Source: Candidatus Babeliales bacterium (GTDB lineage Bacteria > Babelota > Babeliae > Babelales > Vermiphilaceae). From it: a DNA stretch of 64,000 bases. Shown here piece by piece: positions 1-10,171 of this stretch (positions are counted from its first letter, which is position 1; the number at the start of each line of letters is the position of its first letter). The notes under the pieces are model-generated. The model did no database searches and was not told the origin of the DNA. It saw nothing but the letters and a program-made list of their open reading frames with translations. A program made the translations under genes and the position numbers. The DNA lies in NCBI GenBank assembly GCA_963743635.1, contig CAVUQO010000002.1:1-64000 (forward strand), written 5' to 3'.

Positions 1-1698
1 GGTTATGACAAAGTATTGGATGTGCCTATCAATCAAGCGCGTTTATTTGATTATTTTAATGCAATGCTGAGTTCGGAGTTTAAGAGAACAGCAACAAAGG
101 GCGGTAAATTTACCTGAAATAAGCAGTGACCTTTTTCAAGAGCTGCTGAACGACCTGGGTTGGGTGGAGCAAGTCGCGCTCAGCAGCAACTAAATGAGAC
201 GGAGCAACAGGCGGTAAGAAGAATAATGCAAACTATGCCGGCAGTTGCGTTTGATAGAGATGCATTAGAGGTATTAATAGCGCAATTACAAGCCGCCGAT
301 TTTTTACAGCAAGCATCATTGCTAGAGCTCTATGCGCATCAGATAGCAGATATGATCATGTCAGATGAATCAATGAGACTGTTAAGTCAAGGCGATCAGG
401 AATATGTGGCATTGATAACTAATTTGTTCCCTCATTTGAAAAAGCAGATTGCGGAAAATATGCCAAGATCAGGAATATGGCTTGAGCAGTATACGATTGA
501 GCATGATGATATAGTTTTGTCAGTAGCGATATCAGCAGATGGCAATAGGGTAGTGACGGGATCTGTTGATAAAACGGCAAAGATAGTTGTATGGAATGGC
601 AATGCATGGCTTGAGCAGTATACGATTCCGCATACTATGATAGTTGATTCAGTAGCGATATCAGCAGATGGCAATACGGTGGTGACGGGATCTTGGGATG
701 ACACGGCAAAGATAGTTGCGTGGAATGGCAATGCATGGCTTGAGCAATATAATATTGCGCATCGTGGGATGGTTAGGTCAGTAGCGATATCAGCAGATGG
801 CAATAAGGTAGTGACGGGATCTGAAGATGATACAGCAAAGATAGTTGCATGGAATGGGGCTGCGTGGGTTGAGCAATATACGATTCGTCATAATGAGGGG
901 AGGGTTTTATCAGTAGCGATAGCAGCAGATGCCAATAGGGTGGTGACGGGATCTATTGATATGACGGCAAAGATAGTTGCGTGGAATGGCAATGCATGGA
1001 TTGAGCAGTATATGATTCCGTATAATCATACGGTTAGTTCAGTAGCGATATCAGCAGATGGTACGAGAGTGGTGACGGGATCTTGGGATTATACGGCGAA
1101 GATAGTTGCATGGAATGGCAATGCATGGATTGAGCAGTATACGATTCGGCATACTATGATAGTTGATTCAGTAGCGATATCAGCAGATGGCAATAGGGTG
1201 GTGACAGGATCTTTAGATAGAACGGCAAAGATAGTTGCATGGAATGGCAATGCATGGGTTGAGCAATATAATATTGCGCATAATAATTCGGTTGCATCAG
1301 TAGCGATATCCGCAGATGGCAATAGGGTGGTGACAGGATCTAAAGATGGTTCGGCAAAGATAGTAGCATGGAATGGCAGTGCATGGATTGAGCAGTATAC
1401 GTTTGCGCATACTGATTCGGTTAATTCAGTAGCGATATCAGCAGATGGCAATAGGGTAGTGACCGGATCTCGAGATGATACGGCAAAAATAGTGGGGCTT
1501 TTGCCAAAATCATTACCAGGAATATCTGATTTTGATACAGCGTTATTTGAACATCTATTACTGTGGGCTCGCGATAAAAAGCAGAAGATAAGTAAAATGG
1601 ATTGGATTAACAATATTTTGAATATGATTCAATGGCAAAAGCTACGGCGCGAAGATCAAGCAGAACTTCAAAAGTTAATTCGAGAAACAATGCAATAG
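1..1698 (+). CDS. BTB/POZ-like + 8x WD40 repeat protein, 5'-truncated by the window edge, apparent frameshifts at about 80-170
   Basis: Bases 1-80 read GYDKVLDVPINQARLFDYFNAMLSSEF, matching the downstream paralog. ORF 160..1698 has LQAADFLQQASLLELYA and eight 43-aa units of the form HxxxVxSVAISADGNRVVTGSxDxTAKIVAW. Confidence 0.85.
475..1500 (+). repeat. Intragenic tandem array of 8 x ~129-bp WD40 units
   Basis: Recurring tcagtagcgatatcagcagatggcaatagggtggtgacgggatct...tggaatggcaatgcatgg. Confidence 0.95.
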
Positions 1699-1721
1699 CA
1701 TAATATTAGAACAAAATGAAA

Positions 1722-1757
1722 TATGGCCCCGGGAGAGGTATACTCCCGGGGCCGTAT
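1722..1757 (+). terminator. Intrinsic terminator-like hairpin
   Basis: ggccccgggag-aggtata-ctcccggggcc after the stop codon. Confidence 0.7.
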
Positions 1758-1851
1758 CATTATTTCATTGTTTTTGCATGGGTAATTCTGCAAGAATAGA
1801 TCATGCAAGATGTGAGATAGGGATTCACATCAGTTCTTAAAAGGGGGAAAA

Positions 1852-3777
1852 ATGGAGAGAAATAAAATCATAGCAGTTGCAGTATTGGCGATTGGAATCG
1901 TTGCATGGCGCATGGGGGCGATGGAGCAAGAGTCTGGCAAAAAACGTGATGCTGGAGAGATGTCCAAGAATATAGGCGGTGCACGGTCTACCAAGAGGCA
2001 GCGACTTCAAGGTGCACACGAGGAAGATATTCCAGTAGGAATGATTAGGGTGATATTGAGTTATGACAAAGTATTGGATGTGCCTATCAATCAAGCGCGT
2101 CTATTTGATTATTTTAATGCAATGCTGAGTTCGGAGTTCAGAGAAGAGCATGTAAGGGCGGTAAATTTACCTGAAATAAGCAGTGGCCTTTTTCAAGAGC
2201 TGCTGAAAGATCTGGATTGGGTGGAGGGAGTGCGCGCTCAGCAACAAGCAAATGAGACGGAGCAACAGGCAGCAAGAAGAAGAATAGTGCAAACTATGCC
2301 AGCAGTTGCGTTTGATAGAGATGCATTAGAGGTATTAATAGCGCAATTACAAGCCGCCGATTATTTACAGCAAGCATCGTTGATAGAGCTCTATGCGCAT
2401 CAGATAGCAGATATGATCATATCTGCTGAATCAATGAGATTGTTGAGTCAAAGTGATAAGGAATACAGTGACTTCATAATAGCCTTAATAACTGCATTGC
2501 CTTCTCATTTGGCGTTGCATATTTTGAAAAGTATGCCAAGAGCAGGAATATGGCTTGAGCAGTATACGATTGCGCATGATGATGGTTTGGTTGACTCAGT
2601 AGCGATATCAGCAGATGGCAATAGGGTGGTGACGGGATCTCAAGATAGTACGGCAAAGATAGTAGCATGGAATGGCAATGCATGGATTGAGGATCATACG
2701 ATTCGGCATGCTGATATAGTTACCTCAGTAGCGATATCAGCAGATGGCAATAGGGTAGTGACGGGATCTGATGATAATACGGCAAAGATAGTTGCGTGGA
2801 ATGGTAATGCATGGGTTGAGCAAGATACGATTAGGCATGCTGGGATGGTTCATTCAGTAGCGATATCAGCAGATGGCAATAGGGTGGTGACGGGATCTCA
2901 AGATAATACGGCAAAAATAGTGGCATGGAATGGCAATGCATGGATTGAGCAGTATACGATTCCGCATAATCATTCGGTTGAATCAGTATCAATATCAGCA
3001 GATGGCAATAGGGTGGTGACGGGATCTCAAGATTACAAGGCAAAGATAGTGGTATGGAATGGCAATGCATGGATTGAGCAGCATACGATTCGGCACAATG
3101 GTGTGGTTAGATCAGTAGCGATATCAGCAGATGGCAATAAGGTGGTGACGGGATCTGGAGATGATAGAGCAAAGATAGTTGCATGGAACGGCAATGCATG
3201 GATTGAGCAGCATACGATTCGGCATACTATTGGGGTTAACTCAGTAGCGATATCAGCAGATGGCAATAGGGTGGTGACGGGATCTGATGATAATACGGCA
3301 AAGATAGTTGCATGGAATGGCAATGCATGGATTGAGCAGCATACGATTCGGGATACTATTGGTGTTAGATCAGTAGCGATATCAGCAGAGGGCAATAGGG
3401 TGGTGACGGGATCTTGGGATGGCACGGCAAGGATAGTGGTATGGAATGGCAATGCATGGGTTGAGCAGCATACGATTCCTCATAATGATTCGGTTGTATC
3501 AGTAGCGATATCAGCAGATGGCAATAGGGTGGTGACGGGATCTTGGGATGATACGGCAAAGATAGTGGGAGTGGGATTTTTGCCAACATCATTACCGGGG
3601 ATATCAGATTTTAATGCCTTGTTATTTGAACATCTATTACTGTGGGCTCGCGATAAAAAGCAGAAGATAAGTAAAATGGATTGGATTAACAATATTTTGA
3701 ATATGATTCAATGGCAAAAGCTACGGCGCGAAGATCAAGCAGAACTTCAAAAGTTAATTCGAGAAACAATGCAATAG
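1852..3777 (+). CDS. Secreted BTB/POZ-like + 8x WD40 protein (putative effector)
   Basis: Signal peptide ending MGA|ME; basic NLS-like KKR...KRQRL; BTB-like YFNAMLSSEFREE...VNLPEIS..LFQELL...LQAADYLQ..L; 8 WD40 units. Confidence 0.9.
   Translation: MERNKIIAVAVLAIGIVAWRMGAMEQESGKKRDAGEMSKNIGGARSTKRQRLQGAHEEDIPVGMIRVILSYDKVLDVPINQARLFDYFNAMLSSEFREEHVRAVNLPEISSGLFQELLKDLDWVEGVRAQQQANETEQQAARRRIVQTMPAVAFDRDALEVLIAQLQAADYLQQASLIELYAHQIADMIISAESMRLLSQSDKEYSDFIIALITALPSHLALHILKSMPRAGIWLEQYTIAHDDGLVDSVAISADGNRVVTGSQDSTAKIVAWNGNAWIEDHTIRHADIVTSVAISADGNRVVTGSDDNTAKIVAWNGNAWVEQDTIRHAGMVHSVAISADGNRVVTGSQDNTAKIVAWNGNAWIEQYTIPHNHSVESVSISADGNRVVTGSQDYKAKIVVWNGNAWIEQHTIRHNGVVRSVAISADGNKVVTGSGDDRAKIVAWNGNAWIEQHTIRHTIGVNSVAISADGNRVVTGSDDNTAKIVAWNGNAWIEQHTIRDTIGVRSVAISAEGNRVVTGSWDGTARIVVWNGNAWVEQHTIPHNDSVVSVAISADGNRVVTGSWDDTAKIVGVGFLPTSLPGISDFNALLFEHLLLWARDKKQKISKMDWINNILNMIQWQKLRREDQAELQKLIRETMQ
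2548..3570 (+). repeat. Intragenic tandem array of 8 x ~129-bp WD40 units
   Basis: Same nucleotide unit as 475-1500. Confidence 0.95.
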
Positions 3778-3790
3778 CATAATATTAGAA

Positions 3791-3845
3791 CAAAATGATA
3801 GCGGCCTCGGGAGAGATGAACTTCCCCGAGGCCGCTATCATTTTG
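3791..3845. terminator. Long hairpin, probably a bidirectional terminator
   Basis: caaaatgatagcggcctcggg...cccgaggccgctatcattttg between convergent genes. Confidence 0.75.
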
Positions 3846-3863
3846 TGATATTGCTTATTCGCC

Positions 3864-4010
3864 GTCGCTGAAAACCGCGTGCTTTAGCTCGTGGATGAAA
3901 GCGACAAGAACCACGACCGTGGTTCGACTCTGCTCTCCATGAACGGGCCCGCTGCTCCTGACCCTGAGCCTGACAAAGGGTCGAATGGGTCGAAGGATAG
4001 CGAAGGAGGG
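3864..4010. repeat. Cluster of short palindromic elements (IS200/IS605-end-like hairpin plus REP-like CCTGAGC..TCGAAGG units)
   Basis: gtcgctgaaaaccgcgtgctttagctcgtggatgaaagcgac resembles 18925-18964; accctgagcctgacaaagggtcgaatgggtcgaagg resembles the reverse complement of 49155-49195. Confidence 0.6.
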
Positions 4011-4047
4011 TTTTTCGCTATGGCGTAATTTCAGCCCGTTGATCGCT

Positions 4048-5064
4048 TCATTTTTTCTTACGTTCGCGTTCTCTCTTGATGAGTGCTTTTTGGTGAGCGC
4101 GTGTCAGCACGCCAAGTAGCCGATCGCTTTTTGATTCGACGTCCTCTTCTTCTTCAAGGTCTAAAAATAAGAGCGATTGATTATTGATATCTTTTTTAAC
4201 GCGATCAAAGAATTCAATCGGAAGATCTTCGCCGGTTATTTCGATAAAGAAGCAGTATCGTTCAATGAGCGTTCTATATAGGTCATTCAAATCATCTTGA
4301 TCGATGATGATACTATGCTCGTAGAGGGCACTTAAATCGTTTGCAATATGTTTAATCGAGAGCCAGGTATCATCCTGATCTTCTGGATTCCAAATCAATT
4401 TGCCTAATCCTACTTCAAGGAATGCAAGCATTGTTTTTCGGAGCTCTTCAATGCTCACGGGATCATTAGTTTGGTGTACTTCTTGTTGGTCTACCGTGGT
4501 CGCGATATCTGCAGAAAGTATCTTTAAAAAATCGTCAGGATTGCTCTTGAATGATTTAAATTGTGATAAAAAGCGGGAATACAGTATTTCATTTATCTGG
4601 GCTTGGATTGCTTCCAAATCTTTTTTCGTTTTGATTGTGAGGAAATAATCACCAATCAGTTTGGGCAATTCTTCAATCACATTAGAGAAAGCATAAGCAT
4701 TAACGTATTGACTTGATTTCAATTTATTCGAAAACAGACGAAACACTGATTGTACATACGCGCGCTTTTGATGCGACTCTTTGCCTTTGCGTAAAAATTG
4801 CAGCAAGTGAGAAAAGTTATTGGGTAAAAAATCCAGACCATATTCGTGATGATTGTAGGTATGACGTAAAAATTTCTTGATACCATCAGGAGTAAGTGTC
4901 ACGGGTTGCGCAAATTGCGTTAAGATATTGGTTTCGAGAGGCAATGGGGCAATAGCCGTCATTTCCTTTTTGGGAGCTCTGCGTATGGTGCGATCAGCGC
5001 TCACATAGCATGGCAAAGCCAATAAAGAAGTAATTATTGCTCTTATTAAGCGACTTCTTTTCAT
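4048..5064 (-). CDS. Hypothetical exported protein
   Basis: 338-aa ORF with signal peptide (YVSA|DR), divergent from the pseudopilin operon. Confidence 0.8.
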   Translation of the reverse strand: MKRSRLIRAIITSLLALPCYVSADRTIRRAPKKEMTAIAPLPLETNILTQFAQPVTLTPDGIKKFLRHTYNHHEYGLDFLPNNFSHLLQFLRKGKESHQKRAYVQSVFRLFSNKLKSSQYVNAYAFSNVIEELPKLIGDYFLTIKTKKDLEAIQAQINEILYSRFLSQFKSFKSNPDDFLKILSADIATTVDQQEVHQTNDPVSIEELRKTMLAFLEVGLGKLIWNPEDQDDTWLSIKHIANDLSALYEHSIIIDQDDLNDLYRTLIERYCFFIEITGEDLPIEFFDRVKKDINNQSLLFLDLEEEEDVESKSDRLLGVLTRAHQKALIKRERERKKK

Positions 5065-5175
5065 AGAGCGATCCTTCTGATAAGGTAGTTATATAATTTT
5101 GAAAAATTATGCTATCACAAGCATGTTTTTGTGTTCAATGGTAGCCTAAAGATAGTATCACAAAAAGGGTTTAAT

Positions 5176-6388
5176 ATGGCCTTATATTTTTACCAAGGCT
5201 TTTCCCGTGATGGCAAAAGGGTCAGTGGTTATCTTGATGCCCCAACGCTTCAGTCGGTCAAAGAACAGCTTATAAAACAACAAATATATCCTACCAGTAT
5301 TGCTTCTGCGCAGCAAGAAGCGCGTATTCCATGGTGGAAACGTCTTTTGGCGGGAAAAGTTACTGTCAAAGAAAAAGTCCTCTTTACCAAACAACTCGCA
5401 GTACTTTTACGCTGGCGTTCCATTACTCCAAGCGCTTGAATTATTGACCGATTATTTTGAAGGTCAATTTCACGCAATACTCATGCTCGTCAAAGATGAC
5501 GTGAAAGAAGGGCGCTCGATGGCGGAGGCGTTAGGAAAATATCCTAAAGTATTTGATACCATCTATGTTCAGTTAGTGCGTGCAGGTGAAGCGAGCGGTA
5601 AACTTGAAGTGATTTTAGAGCGGCTCACCACCTACATGGAGCGGCAAGAAGAGGTCAGAAAAAAGATATCCGGCGCGTTATTCTATCCCATTGTTCAGTT
5701 AGTGGTTGCAGTGATTGTAGTGGGCGTATTGATGATAAACGTAGTTCCTCAGATGGCAGAAAGTTTTGCTGACATGAATAAGGAACTTCCGATATCAACA
5801 GAAATCGTAGTTGGGCTTTCTAATATTTTTGTAAATTACTATCTCTCTTTGATCATAGGGATAGCCATTCTTACTGCAGGATTCTTATACTGGCGTTCGA
5901 CCAAATCAGGCAAACGCAAAATTGATGAACTCAAATTGCGCTTACCAATCATCAAATATTTTGCAAAAACAAGCGCAATTGTTCAATTTACGCAAACGCT
6001 CGGAATTTTAACCGAAGGTGGCGTGAATTTATCTGAATCACTTGATATCGTGTGTAAGATTATCGATAATCAGGTGCTTGCAGATGCATTAAATGAAGCG
6101 CGTGATAAAATAATAAAGCAAGGTAAAATAGCACAATATTTGAAACAAACAGGCATTTTCCCACCGATGGCTATTTACTTAATCAATACGGGGGAGGAAA
6201 GCGGAAAGTTGGATGTAATGCTATTAACGGTTGCTAAAAACTATGAGGATGATTTGACTGAACTTGCAGATGGCTTGACGGCGGCGATTGGGCCGATAAT
6301 GTTAATAGCCATGGGTTTGATTGTTGGATTTATTGTTATGGCGATAGCAGTGCCGATGATGCAAATGGGCGATATGGCCGAAATGTAA
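5176..6388 (+). CDS. gspF: Type II secretion/type IV pilus inner-membrane platform protein (GspF/PilC), one apparent frameshift near 5410
   Basis: MALYFYQGFSRDGKRVSG...FTKQLAVLLR joins AGVPLLQAL...AGEASGKLE...TGEESGKLD in another frame. Confidence 0.9.
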
Positions 6389-6411
6389 TTATAAACGGTA
6401 GGAGTTTTCTT

Positions 6412-6843
6412 ATGACGACGAAACAAACGATGAAAGAAGGATTTTCGCTTGTGGAAATCATGGTTGCTATCGCAATCATTGGTATGATTATGGCGGTTGC
6501 GATACCGAGTTATAATGCATATAAAGCGAAGGCAGCTAAAACGGCAACGATACAAACTTTAAGCAGTATCGTGCGCGGCATTGAAGAATTTAGAGAGGAA
6601 TCAGAAGGAGGACATCTTCCGGAAAGATTGGAAGATTTGGTTATAAAGCCATCTAATCCCGAGTTAGCAAAGAACTGGCGTTCATATCTTGGTGGAAAAA
6701 AGAGTGTACCGAAGGATGGTTGGAATAAATCAATTCAATATAAGGTAAATCCTCCTGGATCTGAAAAAGAGTATGAGCTCTATAGTCTTGGAGCACCAAA
6801 GGGTGAACAAAAGGGTGTAAGAATATATGCGGAACAAGAGTAA
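6412..6843 (+). CDS. gspG: Major pseudopilin (GspG-like)
   Basis: Prepilin motif G|FSLVEIMVAIAII; C-terminal PKDGW..IQY...YELYSLG. Confidence 0.85.
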   Translation: MTTKQTMKEGFSLVEIMVAIAIIGMIMAVAIPSYNAYKAKAAKTATIQTLSSIVRGIEEFREESEGGHLPERLEDLVIKPSNPELAKNWRSYLGGKKSVPKDGWNKSIQYKVNPPGSEKEYELYSLGAPKGEQKGVRIYAEQE

Positions 6844-7387
6844 TCGTTCCGGATTTTCGTTAATAGAAATAATGGTTGCCATTGCCGTCATTGGAATATT
6901 GGCAGCCATTGTTTCTCCGAATCTTCGCAGTCGCCAACCGGAGTATGAACGCAAGCAATTTTTGGGAAGTTTGAATTCCCTTATGCGCCTTGCGAGGCAT
7001 CAAGCGGTGGTGACGCGAAAGCTGCATCGTGTTTATTTTAATCTTCCTAAAGGCAAGGCGGGCAACGTTACGGTGCAGGTAAAGAGTGAGGGCAAAGATC
7101 AAAAAGGTGAACAGAAGTTCGCCACAATCAAGGCTCCTTATTTGCGCAACTCGATGACGTGGCCCAAAGATTTTCAAGTGACGCAATTTAAAATTGAGCG
7201 TCATGATGAAAAGGCAACGGGGGAAGATGAATTTTGGTTTTTTATAGTACCCGAAGGGCTCGCGCAAGACGTTGTTATTAATATTCTTGATAATAATAAA
7301 GCATATCGCGGCAAGCCAAAACAGATTGGATTAGTATTAAACCCTTTTGATGCGCAGTTTAAGATTTATGATAGTCACCAGAAATGA
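6827..7387 (+). CDS. Minor pseudopilin (GspH/FimT-like)
   Basis: G|FSLIEIMVAIAVIGIL; ARHQAV motif. Confidence 0.85.
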   Translation: MRNKSNRSGFSLIEIMVAIAVIGILAAIVSPNLRSRQPEYERKQFLGSLNSLMRLARHQAVVTRKLHRVYFNLPKGKAGNVTVQVKSEGKDQKGEQKFATIKAPYLRNSMTWPKDFQVTQFKIERHDEKATGEDEFWFFIVPEGLAQDVVINILDNNKAYRGKPKQIGLVLNPFDAQFKIYDSHQK

Positions 7388-7937
7388 AGCGCTAACCGGG
7401 TTAAAACCCGGTGTAACACGCAAAATTGATTTGATCCAGTCTACGCTTTTACTTCGAAGTGTTTACTCCACGAAGTGTTTAGCTTCGTCGGATTCTATTT
7501 GCTTCAATCCAAATGCTAAAGCATGTGGATCTTCGCGAAATAGAAATAGAAATGGCTTTACGCTTGGCGAAGTGCTTGTAACGATCGTTATTATTGGTCT
7601 TGTTATGACGCCGGTATTTGTCTTGGAAAGTGCTTCATATCGTTCAATTACTTCATGGTCGGAACGTCTTGATCGCTTTATGGCGGGCACGTTATTTATG
7701 ACGCAGACTGGTATTGCAAAAGAAAAAGAAGCAACGTCTGAGGCGAAAAAAACATCACAAAATCCCAAAATGGATATGCAGTATAAAATGACTGAAATGC
7801 CCAAAGAATCATCCTTAAAAAATACTAAAGATCTCTATCTCGAGCGAGTTACGCTCAAATGGCAAGCGGGTAAGAAAAAAGAAGAAGAAGTTATAGTCAT
7901 GGTGCATCACAGGCCGGACGTAAAGAAAAAAAAGTAA
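7368..7937 (+). CDS. Minor pseudopilin (GspI-like) with an extended leader containing palindromic DNA
   Basis: G|FTLGEVLVTIVII at about 7554; nearest in-frame ATG is 7368, overlapping the end of the upstream gene. Confidence 0.75.
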   Translation: MIVTRNEALTGLKPGVTRKIDLIQSTLLLRSVYSTKCLASSDSICFNPNAKACGSSRNRNRNGFTLGEVLVTIVIIGLVMTPVFVLESASYRSITSWSERLDRFMAGTLFMTQTGIAKEKEATSEAKKTSQNPKMDMQYKMTEMPKESSLKNTKDLYLERVTLKWQAGKKKEEEVIVMVHHRPDVKKKK

Positions 7938-7940
7938 AAA

Positions 7941-9089
7941 ATGAAAACAGGATTCTCGTTAATTGAAGTTATTATTGCAGCAGCGATTGCATCGATGCTC
8001 AGCGCGGTATTATTTTTATCCTGGAGCCAAATTAAGCGCATTGTGGTTCGTGCAGATAATCGGACAAGCATTTATGATCGGATGATGTTGGTGCGCAAAC
8101 AATTCGAGCATGATTTTAGCGGTATGTGCGTACCCGTCAGTCGCCCTTACTTAAAGCCTGAAAGCAAAGAAGAAGAAAAAAAACCATCATTGCAAGCATC
8201 GCTAGAACCCGCAGCGGGGGATGCAAAAAAGGATAAAAAAGAAAAACCAAAGCCCGTTGAACGTGTATTTTATGCGCAAAAGAAGGGCGATATGTTTGAA
8301 AGTTTGACCTGTCTTACCAATAATCCACTGCAAGTATACTGGAGCGAAAAAGCGGGCGAAGCGCGTCCGCGTATTGCGCGTATTCAGTATCGTCTTGAGC
8401 AGGAGCCTAAAACAGAAAAGAAACCGTCCTACACACTCTATCGTCAAGAATTTTACACGCTTGATGTTGAGCCGTTCCAAAAGGGGAATGATACGGTGCG
8501 TTCATATGTGCTCATTAGCGGCATAAAAGATCTCAAGATGACCTATTGGCAAGAATGGCAGGTGCAAAAAGAGGCCAAAGAAAGCGATACAATGAATATC
8601 GGTGATAAAGCGAATGCAAAAGAAGGCGATAAAAAAAATGATGAGCCGGTCAAAGAAATAAAAAAAGTTACCACATGGGATCTTGATAAAGAGCCTGCCC
8701 CTAAAAATACCTTTATTCGTCCCATCCCTACGATGATCGTCATAGAATTAGTGTTGTGGGATTTGGAAAGAAAGAAAACGCGCAGCTTTAATATTATGAT
8801 TCCGATTCCTATCGAAATTGAAAATCCTAAAAAGGAAAAGAAAAAAGCATCACCAGCGGCTCCCGCAGCTCCGGCACAGCCTGCGCTGCCAGCATTACCC
8901 GGATTACCCCTTAAAATGGGACCACAACAAACAGTTACCACCACCGCTGCTCCGCAACCAAAATCAATTATATCGAATCTGCATATGGTGCCGGTTCCTC
9001 AAAATGTAGTGGCAGCGCCATCCAATCAGGCAACACTGTTAAAAGATCTGCTTAAAGACGAGAAGGGAATGAATGGAAAGCATACATAA
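7941..9089 (+). CDS. Minor pseudopilin (GspJ-like) with Pro/Ala-rich tail
   Basis: MKTG|FSLIEVIIAAAI; RIQYRL...LYRQE; operon position. Confidence 0.8.
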   Translation: MKTGFSLIEVIIAAAIASMLSAVLFLSWSQIKRIVVRADNRTSIYDRMMLVRKQFEHDFSGMCVPVSRPYLKPESKEEEKKPSLQASLEPAAGDAKKDKKEKPKPVERVFYAQKKGDMFESLTCLTNNPLQVYWSEKAGEARPRIARIQYRLEQEPKTEKKPSYTLYRQEFYTLDVEPFQKGNDTVRSYVLISGIKDLKMTYWQEWQVQKEAKESDTMNIGDKANAKEGDKKNDEPVKEIKKVTTWDLDKEPAPKNTFIRPIPTMIVIELVLWDLERKKTRSFNIMIPIPIEIENPKKEKKKASPAAPAAPAQPALPALPGLPLKMGPQQTVTTTAAPQPKSIISNLHMVPVPQNVVAAPSNQATLLKDLLKDEKGMNGKHT

Positions 9090-10152
9090 AAAAGGCTTCA
9101 TACTTCCTTTAACCCTCAGCATTATCGCACTGGCAATCATACTGGTGACGTATATGTCCAATAACAGCCGCGTGTTTGCTCCCTCTGCGCGTGCGATGAT
9201 TGAACGTGAAAAAGCGCGCATGCTTGCGCAGAGTGGTATTCAAATCGCAATGAGCCAATTATCATTGCCTGATAAAAATAAAGAAGAAAAAAAAGATGCT
9301 GATGATAAAAGTGCCCCAAAAGAAAAACAGGAAGAGACTTTATTCTCATTCGTAATGCCGCGCCTTAATACGTGGCAAGTTTTTAAACTTACGCCTGCCA
9401 TCGAAGGTATTCAGGGGGAAATTGGTGTTTGTCTGATGAGTGAAGAAGGGAAATTGAATCTGAACGAGTTATTTGATACGGCAACGGGAGAGCTTGCGCA
9501 AGAATTTAAAACGAATGAAGCAGCGCAAAAATGTATACAGGATTTATTTGATCGCATGCAAAAAACAGTCGGTGCTAAAGATATGTTCAAAGGCTTAGAG
9601 CAATTTTTTAAAGCGCGAAAATCAAAGCTAGACGATGTTACTGAACTTTTAAAGCGCGATGAATTCAAATCATTTAAAGATACTATTTTTTACGAACCGC
9701 TTGAAAAAAATGTAAAAAGAGATCCAAAAAAATCATTCTATTTAACCGATATATTCACTACATGGTCTGGAAAAAGCACCATGCAACCATGGCTTTTATC
9801 AGATTCAATGCGGGGTATTTTAGATCTATCGCGCGTCAAAGAAGGTGATCTTGATCAAAAGAAAAAACTAGTCGCGGAAGTTGCAAAAGCAATGCCCGAT
9901 TCACTGACGTGGCCTGAAGGTTGGAACAAAAATTTAAAAGTATTGTACGACAAGGATTTTGCAGCGCTACCAAAAGGTATAGAATTACTGTTCGATACAA
10001 GCTTTGAACCTGTGATATTCTCTGTAATATGTTATGGAAAAGTTGGCAAAACCACGCAAAAAGTGTTTGCTATACTAGAGAGAGTAAAAACATCGACTGA
10101 AAAAGATAAAGAACAGTTGAATGTTATACTCACCAAACTTTACTGGATATAA
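9073..10152 (+). CDS. gspK: Minor pseudopilin GspK-like
   Basis: KG|FILPLTL (no E5); ARMLAQSGIQIA; SEEGKLNLN. Confidence 0.8.
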   Translation: MESIHKKGFILPLTLSIIALAIILVTYMSNNSRVFAPSARAMIEREKARMLAQSGIQIAMSQLSLPDKNKEEKKDADDKSAPKEKQEETLFSFVMPRLNTWQVFKLTPAIEGIQGEIGVCLMSEEGKLNLNELFDTATGELAQEFKTNEAAQKCIQDLFDRMQKTVGAKDMFKGLEQFFKARKSKLDDVTELLKRDEFKSFKDTIFYEPLEKNVKRDPKKSFYLTDIFTTWSGKSTMQPWLLSDSMRGILDLSRVKEGDLDQKKKLVAEVAKAMPDSLTWPEGWNKNLKVLYDKDFAALPKGIELLFDTSFEPVIFSVICYGKVGKTTQKVFAILERVKTSTEKDKEQLNVILTKLYWI

Positions 10153-10171
10153 GGAAAAAAGAGGAACTGCG

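Noticed and set aside
475..3570. Diversity-generating retroelement or CRISPR explanation for the WD40 repeats
   Set aside because: Repeats are in-frame coding units; variable codons (tgg, gaa, tta, cga) are not limited to an AAY-derived pattern; no reverse transcriptase or cas gene in the window
419..3692. Repetitive antisense ORFs over the WD40 genes
   Set aside because: Shadows of the sense-strand repeats
5395..5425. Phase-variable frameshift in gspF
   Set aside because: No long homopolymer or SSR at the site; single indel in an error-prone assembly
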